Below, in pieces: positions 54,967-64,000 of a DNA stretch of 64,000 nt. Below the pieces are notes generated by a model. The model made no database searches. It was not told where the DNA came from and worked only from the letters and a program-made list of their open reading frames with translations. Source of the stretch: Candidatus Tayloriibacteriota bacterium (GTDB lineage Bacteria > Patescibacteriota > Minisyncoccia > Phycocordibacterales > CAIRYW01); assembly GCA_028286725.1 (NCBI GenBank), contig JAQBQZ010000007.1:7262-71261 (forward strand), in the 5' to 3' direction. Made by a program: the position numbers and the translations under genes. Within the stretch, counting starts at the first letter, position 1. Every line of letters starts with the position of its first letter.

Positions 54967-57447
54967 GTGTTAAAATACACCTCTATGTCAATAATCAAAA
55001 AACTGTTCGGAGATACATCAACTCGTGCTATTGCAGGTACTAATAAGATTGTCCAAAAGATCAATGATCTTGAAAAGGATATTTCACCCCTAACGGACGC
55101 TGCACTTAAGACTAAAACTCTTGAATTTAAAGAACGAATTGCAAAAGGTGAGGCTCTGGATGATTTGCTCCCAGAAGCCTTTGCGGTACTTCGAGAAGCA
55201 ACTAAACGAACTCTTAATATGCGGCACTTTGATGTGCAGCTTATTGGAGGAATCATGATCCATCAGGGCAAAATAACAGAAATGCGGACTGGAGAAGGAA
55301 AGACGCTTGTAGCGACACTTCCGCTCTATCTTAATGCGCTCGAAGGCAAAGGAGCGCACCTTGTAACAGTAAACGATTATCTCTCAAGACGAGATGCTGT
55401 GTGGATGGCGCAGATTTTTGATTTTCTCGGCCTCTCTGTTGGTGTCATCAACAGTGAAGCTTCTTATATATATGATCCTGCACACAAAGAACTAGATGAA
55501 AATCGAGATGAGGTTGCATCGTTCAAAGTAGTGCACGAATTCCTAAGACCATGTACAAGACGTGAGGCATACGCCGCAGACATTACCTATGGAACGAACA
55601 ACGAATTCGGATTTGATTATCTCCGAGATAATATTTCATATCGTGAAGAGGAGCTTCGACAGCGAGAATATAACTTTGCAATCGTGGACGAGGTGGACTC
55701 GATCCTTATTGATGAAGCACGAACTCCGCTCATTATTTCTTCTCCAACTCAGAAATCAGAAAATCTTTATGTGACATTCGCTCGAATCGCAGAACAGCTC
55801 AAAAAAGAAGAAGATTATACAACAGATGAAAAACATCGATCAATTGCACTCACTGATGCTGGTATCAACAGAGTAGAAAAAATGCTCGGAGTGGATAATA
55901 TTTATACTGACAAAGGTATCAAGTCAGTACATCATCTCGAAACTGCAGTGCGTGCTAAAGCGCTTTTCAATAAAGACAAGGAATATGTAGTCAAAGACGG
56001 TGAGATCTTAATCGTTGATGAATTTACAGGACGAATCCAGCCAGGACGACGATGGAGTGAAGGTCTGCATCAGGCTATTGAAGCTAAAGAAGGGGTGGAC
56101 ATCAAAGAAGAGAGTCGTACTTACGCGTCTATCACATTCCAAAACTATTTCAGACTCTACAAAAAACTTTCTGGAATGACAGGAACTGCCGAGACTTCAA
56201 AAGAAGAGTTTCTTAAGGTGTATAATCTTGAGACTATTGTTGTGCCAACACATCGTGGAATTCAAAGAATCGATCGAAATGATTTTATTTTCCAGAACGA
56301 ACAAGGTAAATTCAAAGCGCTTGCAAAGAAAGTTCGAGATCTTCATGTAAAAGGTCAGCCTGTACTTATTGGTACGGTATCAATCGAGAAGAACGAAATA
56401 CTTTCTGCTTATCTACATCGTGAAGGTGTGCCTCACAATCTCTTGAATGCAAAGAATCATGAAAGAGAAGGAGAGATCATTGCGGGGGCAGGAAAAAGAG
56501 GTGCAGTAACTATTGCGACAAACATGGCGGGACGAGGAGTGGATATTAAGCTCGGTGGCGTGCCATTCGACAAAGAAAAGGAGGAAGAGGTGAAAGCTCT
56601 CGGCGGACTCTTTGTGCTTGGAACTGAACGACATGAAGCAAGACGAATCGACAACCAGCTTCGAGGGCGATCAGGACGACAAGGAGATCCTGGAGAGACA
56701 CAGTTCTATGTATCACTTGAAGATGATCTTATGCGAGTATTTGCATCAGACATTATAAAGCGAATGATGGTTCGATTTGATATTGCGGAGGATGAACCGA
56801 TCGAAAACAGACTCATCAACCGATCGCTCGAAACTGCTCAGACACGAATCGAAGGATTTCATTTTGATTCACGAAAGCACACTCTCGAATTTGATGATGT
56901 GATGAACTATCAGCGAAAGATCATTTATGACAAGCGAAGAAAGGTTCTTCTTGGATCAACTGAAGAAGTGATGGGTGTTATAGAACAAATGACAGTGGGA
57001 GATGAAGACCTTGCAAAGGTGATCGAAGAGAAAAAAGAAAAGATAGGGAGAGATGTGTTTGCGAATGGCGCGCGATCTCTTAGCTTACAAACAATTGATA
57101 TGTTCTGGATGGATCACTTGGAAATGATGGATTATCTAAGGGGAAGTGTGAATCTTCGAGCGTATGGTCAGCGAGATCCTCTTGTTGAATACAAAAAAGA
57201 TGGGCTCAAATTATTTAAGGAAATGGAGAGGGCAATCGACGATATGATAATCGATACACTATCTAAGGTAGAGGCGACAATCAAACCTGTTGAAGCACCT
57301 GTAGTGATTGAGACTCGAGAGGATCTAAGTAAAGGGTCTGTGGCAAAAGACAACAAACCAATAGTTCACGACGGAAGCAAGGTGGGACGCAACGATCTTT
57401 GTCCTTGTGGAAGCGGAAAAAAGTACAAGAACTGTCACGGAAAGTAA
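54967..57447 (+). CDS. secA: preprotein translocase ATPase SecA
   Basis: 826 aa. DEAD-motor motifs MRTGEGKTLVATLP and DEVDSILIDEARTPLIIS. C-terminal zinc-finger CPCGSGKKYKNCHG. Confidence 0.95.
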   Translation: MLKYTSMSIIKKLFGDTSTRAIAGTNKIVQKINDLEKDISPLTDAALKTKTLEFKERIAKGEALDDLLPEAFAVLREATKRTLNMRHFDVQLIGGIMIHQGKITEMRTGEGKTLVATLPLYLNALEGKGAHLVTVNDYLSRRDAVWMAQIFDFLGLSVGVINSEASYIYDPAHKELDENRDEVASFKVVHEFLRPCTRREAYAADITYGTNNEFGFDYLRDNISYREEELRQREYNFAIVDEVDSILIDEARTPLIISSPTQKSENLYVTFARIAEQLKKEEDYTTDEKHRSIALTDAGINRVEKMLGVDNIYTDKGIKSVHHLETAVRAKALFNKDKEYVVKDGEILIVDEFTGRIQPGRRWSEGLHQAIEAKEGVDIKEESRTYASITFQNYFRLYKKLSGMTGTAETSKEEFLKVYNLETIVVPTHRGIQRIDRNDFIFQNEQGKFKALAKKVRDLHVKGQPVLIGTVSIEKNEILSAYLHREGVPHNLLNAKNHEREGEIIAGAGKRGAVTIATNMAGRGVDIKLGGVPFDKEKEEEVKALGGLFVLGTERHEARRIDNQLRGRSGRQGDPGETQFYVSLEDDLMRVFASDIIKRMMVRFDIAEDEPIENRLINRSLETAQTRIEGFHFDSRKHTLEFDDVMNYQRKIIYDKRRKVLLGSTEEVMGVIEQMTVGDEDLAKVIEEKKEKIGRDVFANGARSLSLQTIDMFWMDHLEMMDYLRGSVNLRAYGQRDPLVEYKKDGLKLFKEMERAIDDMIIDTLSKVEATIKPVEAPVVIETREDLSKGSVAKDNKPIVHDGSKVGRNDLCPCGSGKKYKNCHGK

Positions 57448-57467
57448 AATCTAATATATAGAATACG

Positions 57468-57516
57468 TTGCAAACAGCACGGCGCCGTAGGCGCCGTGCT
57501 GTTTGCATTATGTTTT
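57468..57516 (+). terminator. Rho-independent terminator
   Basis: Perfect 17-bp GC-rich stem GCAAACAGCACGGCGCC-gta-GGCGCCGTGCTGTTTGC followed by ATTATGTTTT. Confidence 0.75.
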
Positions 57517-57541
57517 AAGAACGGGGTATAATAATTAACAT

Positions 57542-58615
57542 ATGAAAGAAAGCAAACTTGAGATCTATATTTATTTTATTCTCCTTGGAATTACCTTATT
57601 TGTGACCTACAAGATATTTGAGCCATATCTTTTTGCGATCGTTGTGGCGCTTATATTTTCTGTTATTTTTGGTCCGCTCAACAAAAGAGTTGAAAAAAGT
57701 TTTCCAAAACACAAATCTCTTTCTGCTCTCGTAACACTCTTTATTGTATTTATTCTCGTGCTTTTACCATTCATTCTCTACGGTATTCAGCTTTCAGATG
57801 AAGTGAAAAATTTTTATGATTATGCTTTTACATCAATGCAGGGCAGTGGTGGCATAATGGCAAAGCTTACCATTGTTGCAAACAATATCATTACTACATT
57901 CTCACCTTTAGGAGTTCATTGGCCTGTGTTTGATGTGTCAGAGACTGAAAGTTATGTCTTTGCCGGGCTCTCTTGGCTTCGAGGGCATTTTGGAGATATC
58001 TTTTCAGGACTCGCAAAATTCTTTGTAGATATATTCATATTCCTTATTGCATTTTATTATTTCCTACGCGACGGATCAGCGCTTCGAAAAAGAGTTATTG
58101 ACCTTAGTCCTTTTCCCGATAATCGCGATGAAGAAATACTGGAGAAGCTTCGACTTGCGGTTCTTTCTGTTGTTCGAGGTTCAATGCTTGTAGCGCTTAC
58201 TCAGGGAATTATGACGGGCTTAGGATTTTATTTCTTTGGTATTCCTTCAGCCCTCCTTTGGGGAGGTGTAACAGTGATTGCTGCTCTTGTGCCAGGTGTT
58301 GGAACATCTCTCGTGATCGTGCCAGGGATTCTTTATCTATTCTTCACAGGAGAAAGTACTCACGCATTCGGTCTTCTTCTTTGGGGAGGTGCTTGCGTCG
58401 GACTTATTGATAATTTCCTTGGTCCAAAGCTTATCGAAAAGGGTATTAATATTCATCCACTCCTTATACTCCTTTCTGTACTTGGAGGAATCGCATACTT
58501 TGGTGTGATCGGATTTATTTTAGGGCCTATTGTACTTTCATTCCTATTTACACTTTTTGAAATCTACAAGCCTATCATTCTTAAAGAGTCGCATTCTCAT
58601 ACTCATACACGATAA
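57542..58615 (+). CDS. AI-2E-family transporter (PerM/YhhT-like, UPF0118)
   Basis: 357 aa, 7-8 TM helices. Conserved GGVTVIAALVPGVGTSLVIVPG region. Confidence 0.8.
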   Translation: MKESKLEIYIYFILLGITLFVTYKIFEPYLFAIVVALIFSVIFGPLNKRVEKSFPKHKSLSALVTLFIVFILVLLPFILYGIQLSDEVKNFYDYAFTSMQGSGGIMAKLTIVANNIITTFSPLGVHWPVFDVSETESYVFAGLSWLRGHFGDIFSGLAKFFVDIFIFLIAFYYFLRDGSALRKRVIDLSPFPDNRDEEILEKLRLAVLSVVRGSMLVALTQGIMTGLGFYFFGIPSALLWGGVTVIAALVPGVGTSLVIVPGILYLFFTGESTHAFGLLLWGGACVGLIDNFLGPKLIEKGINIHPLLILLSVLGGIAYFGVIGFILGPIVLSFLFTLFEIYKPIILKESHSHTHTR

Positions 58616-59337
58616 TGAAAGCTCTCGAAATAAAAAACCTAGTAAAGGATTTTGGTACTTTTCGCGCTGTCGACAATCTTTCTTTTTCTGTTGAAAAGGG
58701 CGGCATCACGGCATTCCTGGGTCCAAATGGAGCAGGCAAGACTACAACCATCCAGATGATCTTGGATATTATTACCCCGACTTCAGGGGATATTATTATT
58801 TTTGGTCTTGATTTCAAACATCACAAAGAAGAGATCTTGGGACGAATTAATTTCTCATCTCCTTATGTATCACTTCCTACAAACCTCACGGTCATGGAAA
58901 ACCTTCTTACTTTTGCGCGACTTTATGGCGTCAAAAATCCAAAAGCAAAAATAGAAAAGCTCGCAGAAGAATTCGAGATAAAGCATTTGCTCCCTCGAAT
59001 GACCGCATCACTTTCGACAGGACAGCTCACTCGAGTAAATCTTGCCAAAGCATTTGTGAATGATCCAGAACTTCTTCTTTTGGATGAGCCAACGGCATCC
59101 TTAGATCCTGATATAGCAGAAAAGACACTTTCAATACTTACAAAAATGCAAAAAGAGCGAGGTGTGACTGTACTTTATACTTCTCACAATATGGCTGAGA
59201 TCGAAAAGATCTGTGATAGGGTAATATTCATCAATAAGGGAGTTATCAAAGAAGAAGGAACGCCAGCGGATCTTATACAAAAATTTGGACATAAGGATAT
59301 GAATGATGTATTTATTGATTTAGCGAGAGAAGAATAA
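58615..59337 (+). CDS. ABC transporter ATP-binding protein (ABC-2 type)
   Basis: Walker A GPNGAGKTTT, signature LSTGQLTRVNLAKAF, Walker B LLLLDEPTASLD. Confidence 0.9.
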   Translation: MKALEIKNLVKDFGTFRAVDNLSFSVEKGGITAFLGPNGAGKTTTIQMILDIITPTSGDIIIFGLDFKHHKEEILGRINFSSPYVSLPTNLTVMENLLTFARLYGVKNPKAKIEKLAEEFEIKHLLPRMTASLSTGQLTRVNLAKAFVNDPELLLLDEPTASLDPDIAEKTLSILTKMQKERGVTVLYTSHNMAEIEKICDRVIFINKGVIKEEGTPADLIQKFGHKDMNDVFIDLAREE

Positions 59338-59349
59338 AAGAAAAATACT

Positions 59350-60141
59350 ATGAAAATGAATCGTATCAATGCATTAATAATGAGACATTTGTATATCTAC
59401 AAGCGAAGTATGCCTCGGCTACTTGATGTATTCTTCTGGCCTGTGATGGAGCTTTTGACTTGGGGATTCTTTAGTTTTTATCTTGGCAATACTGGTGGAA
59501 ATAATATAAATATTGCTGCAATGCTTTTGGGAGGAGTTATCTTGTGGCAGATCATTGATCGAGCCCAGAACTTTATCTCAACGTATTTTCTCGAAGATGT
59601 ATGGCACCGAAACTTCCTTAATATTTTTGTGACACCTTTGAAACTTTCTGAATTTTTCTTGGCGGGAGTTATTCTCGCGATGATTCGACTTGTAGTAATG
59701 GCATCATTCTTGCTCATCCTTTCTTACTTTTTGTATGCATTTAATATATTTGTATTAGGATTTTCACTTATTCCTTTTTTGGTCAATCTGCTTTTGTTTG
59801 GTATTACGCTCGCGCTCTTTATCAATGCGATCATTATTCGATTTGGATCTTCAGCTCAGGTGCTCGCGTTTGGGATCTCATTTCTTATTCAGCCGATCAG
59901 TGCTGCATTCTATCCAGTTTCTGCCCTCCCAGCTCCGCTTGCAACTCTTTCTGGATTTTTGCCTGTAAGCTATGTGTTTGAATCAATGCGTAAAGTTATG
60001 GCGGGAGGACCAATTGATTGGAACTCGTTTTATATTTCGCTTGGACTGAATCTTATTTATCTCATCATTATGTGGTTCTTTTTTAGTGCTATGTTTAAAA
60101 AAGTGAAGGTTATGGGAAATCTCTTAAAAGTTCAAGACTAA
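59350..60141 (+). CDS. ABC-2 family transporter permease
   Basis: 263 aa, 6 TM helices. Directly follows the ATPase gene. Confidence 0.7.
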   Translation: MKMNRINALIMRHLYIYKRSMPRLLDVFFWPVMELLTWGFFSFYLGNTGGNNINIAAMLLGGVILWQIIDRAQNFISTYFLEDVWHRNFLNIFVTPLKLSEFFLAGVILAMIRLVVMASFLLILSYFLYAFNIFVLGFSLIPFLVNLLLFGITLALFINAIIIRFGSSAQVLAFGISFLIQPISAAFYPVSALPAPLATLSGFLPVSYVFESMRKVMAGGPIDWNSFYISLGLNLIYLIIMWFFFSAMFKKVKVMGNLLKVQD

Positions 60142-60145
60142 CTAT

Positions 60146-61051
60146 ATGGCGCAAAAAACACTCGTTACACATAATGGAACATTTCATGCAGATGATGTAT
60201 TTGCTGTGGCAGCGTTTTTGATTGCGAACAATACTGATAATGATTGGCAGGTAGTAAGATCTCGTGATGAAGAAGTGATAAACAAAGCGGATGCTGCTAT
60301 TGATGTCGGTGGTATATATGATATTGCAACACTTCGTTTTGATCATCATCAGGTAGGAGGAGCCGGCATTCGTGCAAACGGAGTTCCTTATGCATCGTTC
60401 GGACTCGTATGGAATATATTTGGAGATATGATAACGATGGACAAATGGATCAAAGAAGATATCGAAAACAAGCTTGTGCTATCGATTGATGCGAATGACA
60501 ATGGAATAAAACTCTCTAAAAATAATATTGATGATGTGTATGCATACGAGATCTCAACTCTCATTGCTGATTTTAATATTACTTGGAAGGAAGAATCAGA
60601 TTCAACTGATAACGGAGACAAACTTCGATATGAGAATTTTATGTATCTTGTAGGGATTGCTACAAAGCTTATCCAGAGACTCATTACTCGAGCGCGCGAC
60701 AAATATGCAGCAAAAGAATTTGTGATCGATGCATATAACAAAGCGACCGACAAAAGAGTTGTTATTTTGGATGGATATTATCCTTGGCAGGACATTCTAC
60801 TTAATATGCCAGAGCCGCTTTTTGTGATATTTCCAAATGGAGAGAATTGGAGTTTGAAAACTGTATCAAAAGAAAAAGGAAGTTTTGAATCTCGAAAACA
60901 ATTGCCGGAAAACTGGGCCGGGCTTCGTGATGAAGAGCTGGCAAAGGTGACAGGTGTGCCAGACGCTTATTTTTGCCACAACGCGAGATTTATGGCGAAT
61001 GCTCGGTCTAAGGAAGGTGTTCTTGCGCTTGCGAAATTGGCACTAGAGTAA
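60146..61051 (+). CDS. MYG1-family (UPF0160) metal-dependent hydrolase
   Basis: LVTHNGTFHADDVFAVA (the HxxxFHADD motif) and overall MYG1 pattern. Confidence 0.75.
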   Translation: MAQKTLVTHNGTFHADDVFAVAAFLIANNTDNDWQVVRSRDEEVINKADAAIDVGGIYDIATLRFDHHQVGGAGIRANGVPYASFGLVWNIFGDMITMDKWIKEDIENKLVLSIDANDNGIKLSKNNIDDVYAYEISTLIADFNITWKEESDSTDNGDKLRYENFMYLVGIATKLIQRLITRARDKYAAKEFVIDAYNKATDKRVVILDGYYPWQDILLNMPEPLFVIFPNGENWSLKTVSKEKGSFESRKQLPENWAGLRDEELAKVTGVPDAYFCHNARFMANARSKEGVLALAKLALE

Positions 61052-61061
61052 AATATATTCC

Positions 61062-61104
61062 AAAAACCCGCTTGATGCCGTAGGCATCAAGCGGGTTTTG
61101 TGTT
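61062..61104 (+). terminator. Rho-independent terminator
   Basis: AAAACCCGCTTGATGCC-gta-GGCATCAAGCGGGTTTT followed by GTGTT. Confidence 0.75.
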
Positions 61105-61109
61105 ATACT
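61101..61109 (+). promoter_or_regulatory. candidate extended -10 promoter for obg
   Basis: TGtTATACT, 44 nt upstream of the obg ATG, directly abutting the terminator. Confidence 0.3.
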
Positions 61110-61152
61110 GCAATGGTATTTAAACTATTAACTATTTAATTTATAACTATTT

Positions 61153-62139
61153 ATGGCTTTCATTGATGAACTAACGGTTACAGCAAAAGCAGGTAAGGGT
61201 GGCGACGGAGTTGTCAGATGGAGACATGAAAAAGGAAAAGAGTTTTCTGGTCCATCAGGAGGAAACGGTGGTCGAGGTGGAGATGTGTTCATCAAAGCGG
61301 TGAGTGATCTTTCTATACTCCAAAGATATAAATCAAAGAAAAAATTCCAAGCAGAAAACGGCGAGCCGGGAGCAAAAAATAGTATGCATGGAAAAGATGG
61401 CCTCGATCTCTATATCGAATTGCCTGTAGGAACAGTAGTCAAAAATCTCGATACCGGAGAAGTCTTTTCTCTTGTAAATCGCGAAGAAACAAAAATGATC
61501 TTGAAGGGCGGACGAGGAGGGGTGGGAAATGAATTTTTCAAAAGTTCTATCAATCGTTCTCCTGAAGAATTCACACCAGGTGCAATTGGTGAAGAAGCAG
61601 AATTTTATATTGAACTTCAGATCGTTGCTGATGTTGGACTTGTAGGACTTCCAAACGCAGGTAAATCATCTCTCTTAAACGCTCTCACTCGAGCGCATGC
61701 AAAAGTGGGCGCATATGCGTTTACAACTATCGAACCAAATCTCGGAGATCTATTCGGTGTGATCTTGGCTGATATTCCAGGACTTATTGAAGGAGCGTCA
61801 GAAGGGCGAGGACTTGGACACAAATTCCTTCGTCACATCAAAAGAACTCGAACACTTCTTCACTGTATTTCTGCTGAGAACGAAGATTTCAAAGAAGTCT
61901 ATGAGACTATTCGGAAAGAATTAGGCGAGTCAGATAAAGTTCTTACAGAAAAAGAAGAAATAATCCTTATCACAAAATCAGATCTTTTGACTGGAGATGA
62001 ACTTGCAACAAAATATGAAAAGCTCGTAAAGCCAAAAGGAATCTGGGCTGGCAAAAAAGTAATGACTGTCTCTGTGTATGACGATGAATCGCTGAAGCAT
62101 CTTTCAAGTTTCCTTACTTCAACTTTCAACAAGAAATAA
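61153..62139 (+). CDS. obg: GTPase Obg (short form without C-terminal TGS domain)
   Basis: Gly-rich Obg fold (GGDGVVRWRHEKGK…GGNGGRGGDV). G domain ADVGLVGLPNAGKSSLLNAL and DIPGLIEGA. Confidence 0.9.
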   Translation: MAFIDELTVTAKAGKGGDGVVRWRHEKGKEFSGPSGGNGGRGGDVFIKAVSDLSILQRYKSKKKFQAENGEPGAKNSMHGKDGLDLYIELPVGTVVKNLDTGEVFSLVNREETKMILKGGRGGVGNEFFKSSINRSPEEFTPGAIGEEAEFYIELQIVADVGLVGLPNAGKSSLLNALTRAHAKVGAYAFTTIEPNLGDLFGVILADIPGLIEGASEGRGLGHKFLRHIKRTRTLLHCISAENEDFKEVYETIRKELGESDKVLTEKEEIILITKSDLLTGDELATKYEKLVKPKGIWAGKKVMTVSVYDDESLKHLSSFLTSTFNKK

Positions 62140-62151
62140 TTCAGTACAATG

Positions 62152-62195
62152 AAAAACTGCTAAAAATGCTTAGCATTTTTAGCAGTTTTTCTATA
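62152..62195 (+). terminator. Rho-independent terminator
   Basis: Perfect 18-bp stem AAAAACTGCTAAAAATGC-tta-GCATTTTTAGCAGTTTTT followed by CT. Confidence 0.7.
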
Positions 62196-62233
62196 CCTTT
62201 TAGATTCCAACATTTAATGATAATATCTTACTT

Positions 62234-63694
62234 ATGAATAGTGAATATATACCTACAATTGGTCTCGAAATCCACGCAGAGCTCAAAACTAAGAGCAAGA
62301 TGTTTTGCCCATGTAAAAACGATCCAGAGGAGAAGAATCCTAACGTGAATGTGTGCCCAATCTGTATGGGGCATCCTGGGACACTCCCTGTGCCTAACAA
62401 AGAGGCGGTAAAGCATACGCTCAAAGTGGGTCTCGCGGTAGAGGGGACTCTCGCAGACTTTTCAGAATTTGATCGAAAGAACTATTTCTATCCAGATATT
62501 CCAAAGGGCTACCAGATCAGTCAGTATAAATACCCATTTGTTTCTGGAGGCAAGATCAAAGTCAAAATAAAAGAAAACGGAGTTGATATTACAAAAGACA
62601 TTCTGCTCACTCGAATTCATCTCGAAGAAGATACCGCAAAATCATCTCATGATACAGGTGATTATTCACTCGTTGATTACAATCGATCGTCGCTCCCACT
62701 TATGGAACTTGTAACAGAGCCTGTGATGCATTCTGGGGCAGAGGCGAGTGCTTTTGCAAAAGAATTCCAGCTTATTCTTCAATACCTCGGAGCATCTGAT
62801 GCAAACATGGAAAAAGGCGAGATGCGAGTAGAGGCGAATATTTCTGTATCAAAAGATACAAACAAACTCGGTACAAAAGTAGAGGTGAAAAATCTAAACT
62901 CTTTTCGATCCGTAGAGCGAGCATGTGTGTACGAAATCGAGCGGCATATTGGAGTGCTAGAAAATGGAGAAACAATTCAGCAAGAGACTCGAGGATTCGA
63001 TGAAAGTACAGGCAAGACTTTTTCACAGCGGAAAAAAGAGGATTCACACGACTATCGATATTTCCCAGAGCCAGATATTCCAAAGCTTTATATTTCAGAA
63101 ATCTCTGAATTTGCCGAAAAAGAACTTCGTAAAGAAATGAATGAGCTTCCACGAGCAAAACGAGAAAGATATGAAAAAGAATACGGTATTAAGACTGAGG
63201 ATATTGAATTCTATGTTGATAACAAAAACCTCTCTGAATTTTTTGAACAGACTATTCAAAATTTCTGTGATGATAAAGAGTGTGTGAAGCTCGCTTCTAA
63301 CTATATTGTTTCTGACCTTGCAGGACTCATGAAAAATAACAACATTGCAGAGCCAGGACAAGTATTTCCAAGCGCATTCGGCAAAATGATGCTCATGCTT
63401 CGTGATGGTAAACTTTCGAGCCGTGGAGCAAAAGATATTCTTGCGATTCTCTTTAAAGAAGGTGGAGATCCAGAACAGATTGCAGATGAGAAAGGTCTTA
63501 TTCAAAAGAATGACCCAGAAGCACTCAAAATAATCGTAGAAAAAGTCATGAATGAAAATCATGCGATCGTCGCCGAATATCGAGCTGGAAAAGTCGCGGT
63601 TTTGAACTCACTTGTTGGTCTTTGTATGAAAGAAAGTAAAGGTTCGGGTAACCCACAACTTTTCAAGGAAATAATGCTAAGTATCCTCGGATAA
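62234..63694 (+). CDS. gatB: aspartyl/glutamyl-tRNA(Asn/Gln) amidotransferase subunit B
   Basis: IPTIGLEIHAELKTKSKMFCPC… is the canonical GatB N-terminus. C-terminal YqeY-like domain present. Confidence 0.9.
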   Translation: MNSEYIPTIGLEIHAELKTKSKMFCPCKNDPEEKNPNVNVCPICMGHPGTLPVPNKEAVKHTLKVGLAVEGTLADFSEFDRKNYFYPDIPKGYQISQYKYPFVSGGKIKVKIKENGVDITKDILLTRIHLEEDTAKSSHDTGDYSLVDYNRSSLPLMELVTEPVMHSGAEASAFAKEFQLILQYLGASDANMEKGEMRVEANISVSKDTNKLGTKVEVKNLNSFRSVERACVYEIERHIGVLENGETIQQETRGFDESTGKTFSQRKKEDSHDYRYFPEPDIPKLYISEISEFAEKELRKEMNELPRAKRERYEKEYGIKTEDIEFYVDNKNLSEFFEQTIQNFCDDKECVKLASNYIVSDLAGLMKNNNIAEPGQVFPSAFGKMMLMLRDGKLSSRGAKDILAILFKEGGDPEQIADEKGLIQKNDPEALKIIVEKVMNENHAIVAEYRAGKVAVLNSLVGLCMKESKGSGNPQLFKEIMLSILG

Positions 63695-63710
63695 ATTCTC
63701 TTCTAAATAT

Positions 63711-63738
63711 TTGTGCCCAAACTATTTTAGGGTATAAT
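63711..63738 (+). promoter_or_regulatory. candidate sigma70-type promoter (TTGTGC-N16-TATAAT) placed 6 nt ahead of the gap ATG
   Basis: TTGTGC at 63711-63716 and TATAAT at 63733-63738. The gap ATG is at 63745. This geometry predicts a leaderless or near-leaderless mRNA. Confidence 0.3.
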
Positions 63739-63744
63739 TATTCC

Positions 63745-64000
63745 ATGTCTAAAATAAAAGTTGCCATTAATGGCGCAGGAAGAATTGGAAGAGCTTTTTA
63801 TAAAGTAGCCCTTGGTGTGCCTGACATTGAAGTAGTGGCACTCAATGACTTGGGTGATATTGATAACATTGCATATCTTATGAAGTTTGATAGTGCATAC
63901 GGCAAGAGTGGTTTTGCTATTGAAGTTGCAGCTGATAAAAAGTCGCTTACGATTGCTGGTAAGAAGGTTCAGTATTTCAGCGAAAAGGATCCTGCGAGTC
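63745..64000 (+). CDS. gap: glyceraldehyde-3-phosphate dehydrogenase, 5' part (runs off the window end)
   Basis: MSKIKVAINGAGRIGRAFYKVAL… carries the INGFGRIGR NAD-binding motif. Confidence 0.85.
   Translation, partial: MSKIKVAINGAGRIGRAFYKVALGVPDIEVVALNDLGDIDNIAYLMKFDSAYGKSGFAIEVAADKKSLTIAGKKVQYFSEKDPAS

Noticed and set aside
63095-63562. 155-aa minus-strand ORF inside gatB (and similar antisense ORFs inside secA, asnB and the MFS gene)
   Set aside because: Embedded antisense in strongly supported housekeeping genes. Phe/Ile/Lys-rich translations are typical of AT-rich non-coding frames.
1-64000. tRNA, rRNA, CRISPR arrays, transposases and integrases
   Set aside because: The intergenic regions were scanned by eye. 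I found no cloverleaf-compatible GTTCRANYC T-loop context and no spacer-repeat periodicity. I found no transposase or integrase motifs (DDE, tyrosine recombinase). None can be supported.

Overview
This window is low-GC (roughly 35-38% by eye), gene-dense bacterial chromosome with short proteins and almost no Shine-Dalgarno sequences. Many genes overlap at start and stop codons. The gene content suggests a Candidate Phyla Radiation (Patescibacteria, Parcubacteria-like) organism; that assignment is inference, not a search result. TGA is used as a stop codon, so translation table 11 applies. The first ~29 kb carry housekeeping and cell-envelope genes. These include a PadR/PspC pair divergent from a heterodimeric ABC exporter, an alkyltransferase-like DNA-repair protein and RarA. 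A GT2 cellulose-synthase-like glucan synthase is translationally coupled to a small Pro/Thr-rich anchor protein and a GH16 glucanase. Next come a TreT-like trehalose synthase, a TMEM175-like K+ channel with an OmpR/HisK two-component system, two PAP2 phosphatases, an MFS transporter, small VOC/DoxX/DUF1761/DUF1801 proteins, a cyclophilin, an M23 peptidase, an FMN-bind/ApbE flavinylation pair and an orphan VirD4/TraG-like ATPase. From ~29.6 to 52.6 kb lies a ~23 kb glycan-biosynthesis island. It holds six GT4, two GT2 and two GT11 (fucosyl-type) glycosyltransferases, an FkbM methyltransferase, AsnB, a Wzx flippase, Gmd and Fcl (GDP-fucose synthesis), an HldC-like nucleotidyltransferase and an O-antigen-ligase/TPR protein of 786 aa. 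murD and murC are embedded in it. The remainder holds murB, secA, an AI-2E transporter, an ABC-2 pair, a MYG1 protein, obg, gatB and the 5' end of gap. No rRNA, tRNA, CRISPR array or transposase was found. The most unusual signals are non-coding. One is a ~110-180 bp repeat present in three copies upstream of three envelope genes, with a covarying stem. Another is a perfect 22-bp inverted repeat next to a tiny lysine-rich ORF. The remainder of this signal is an AT-rich block carrying a perfect DnaA box and a long GC-elevated ORF-free leader upstream of secA.
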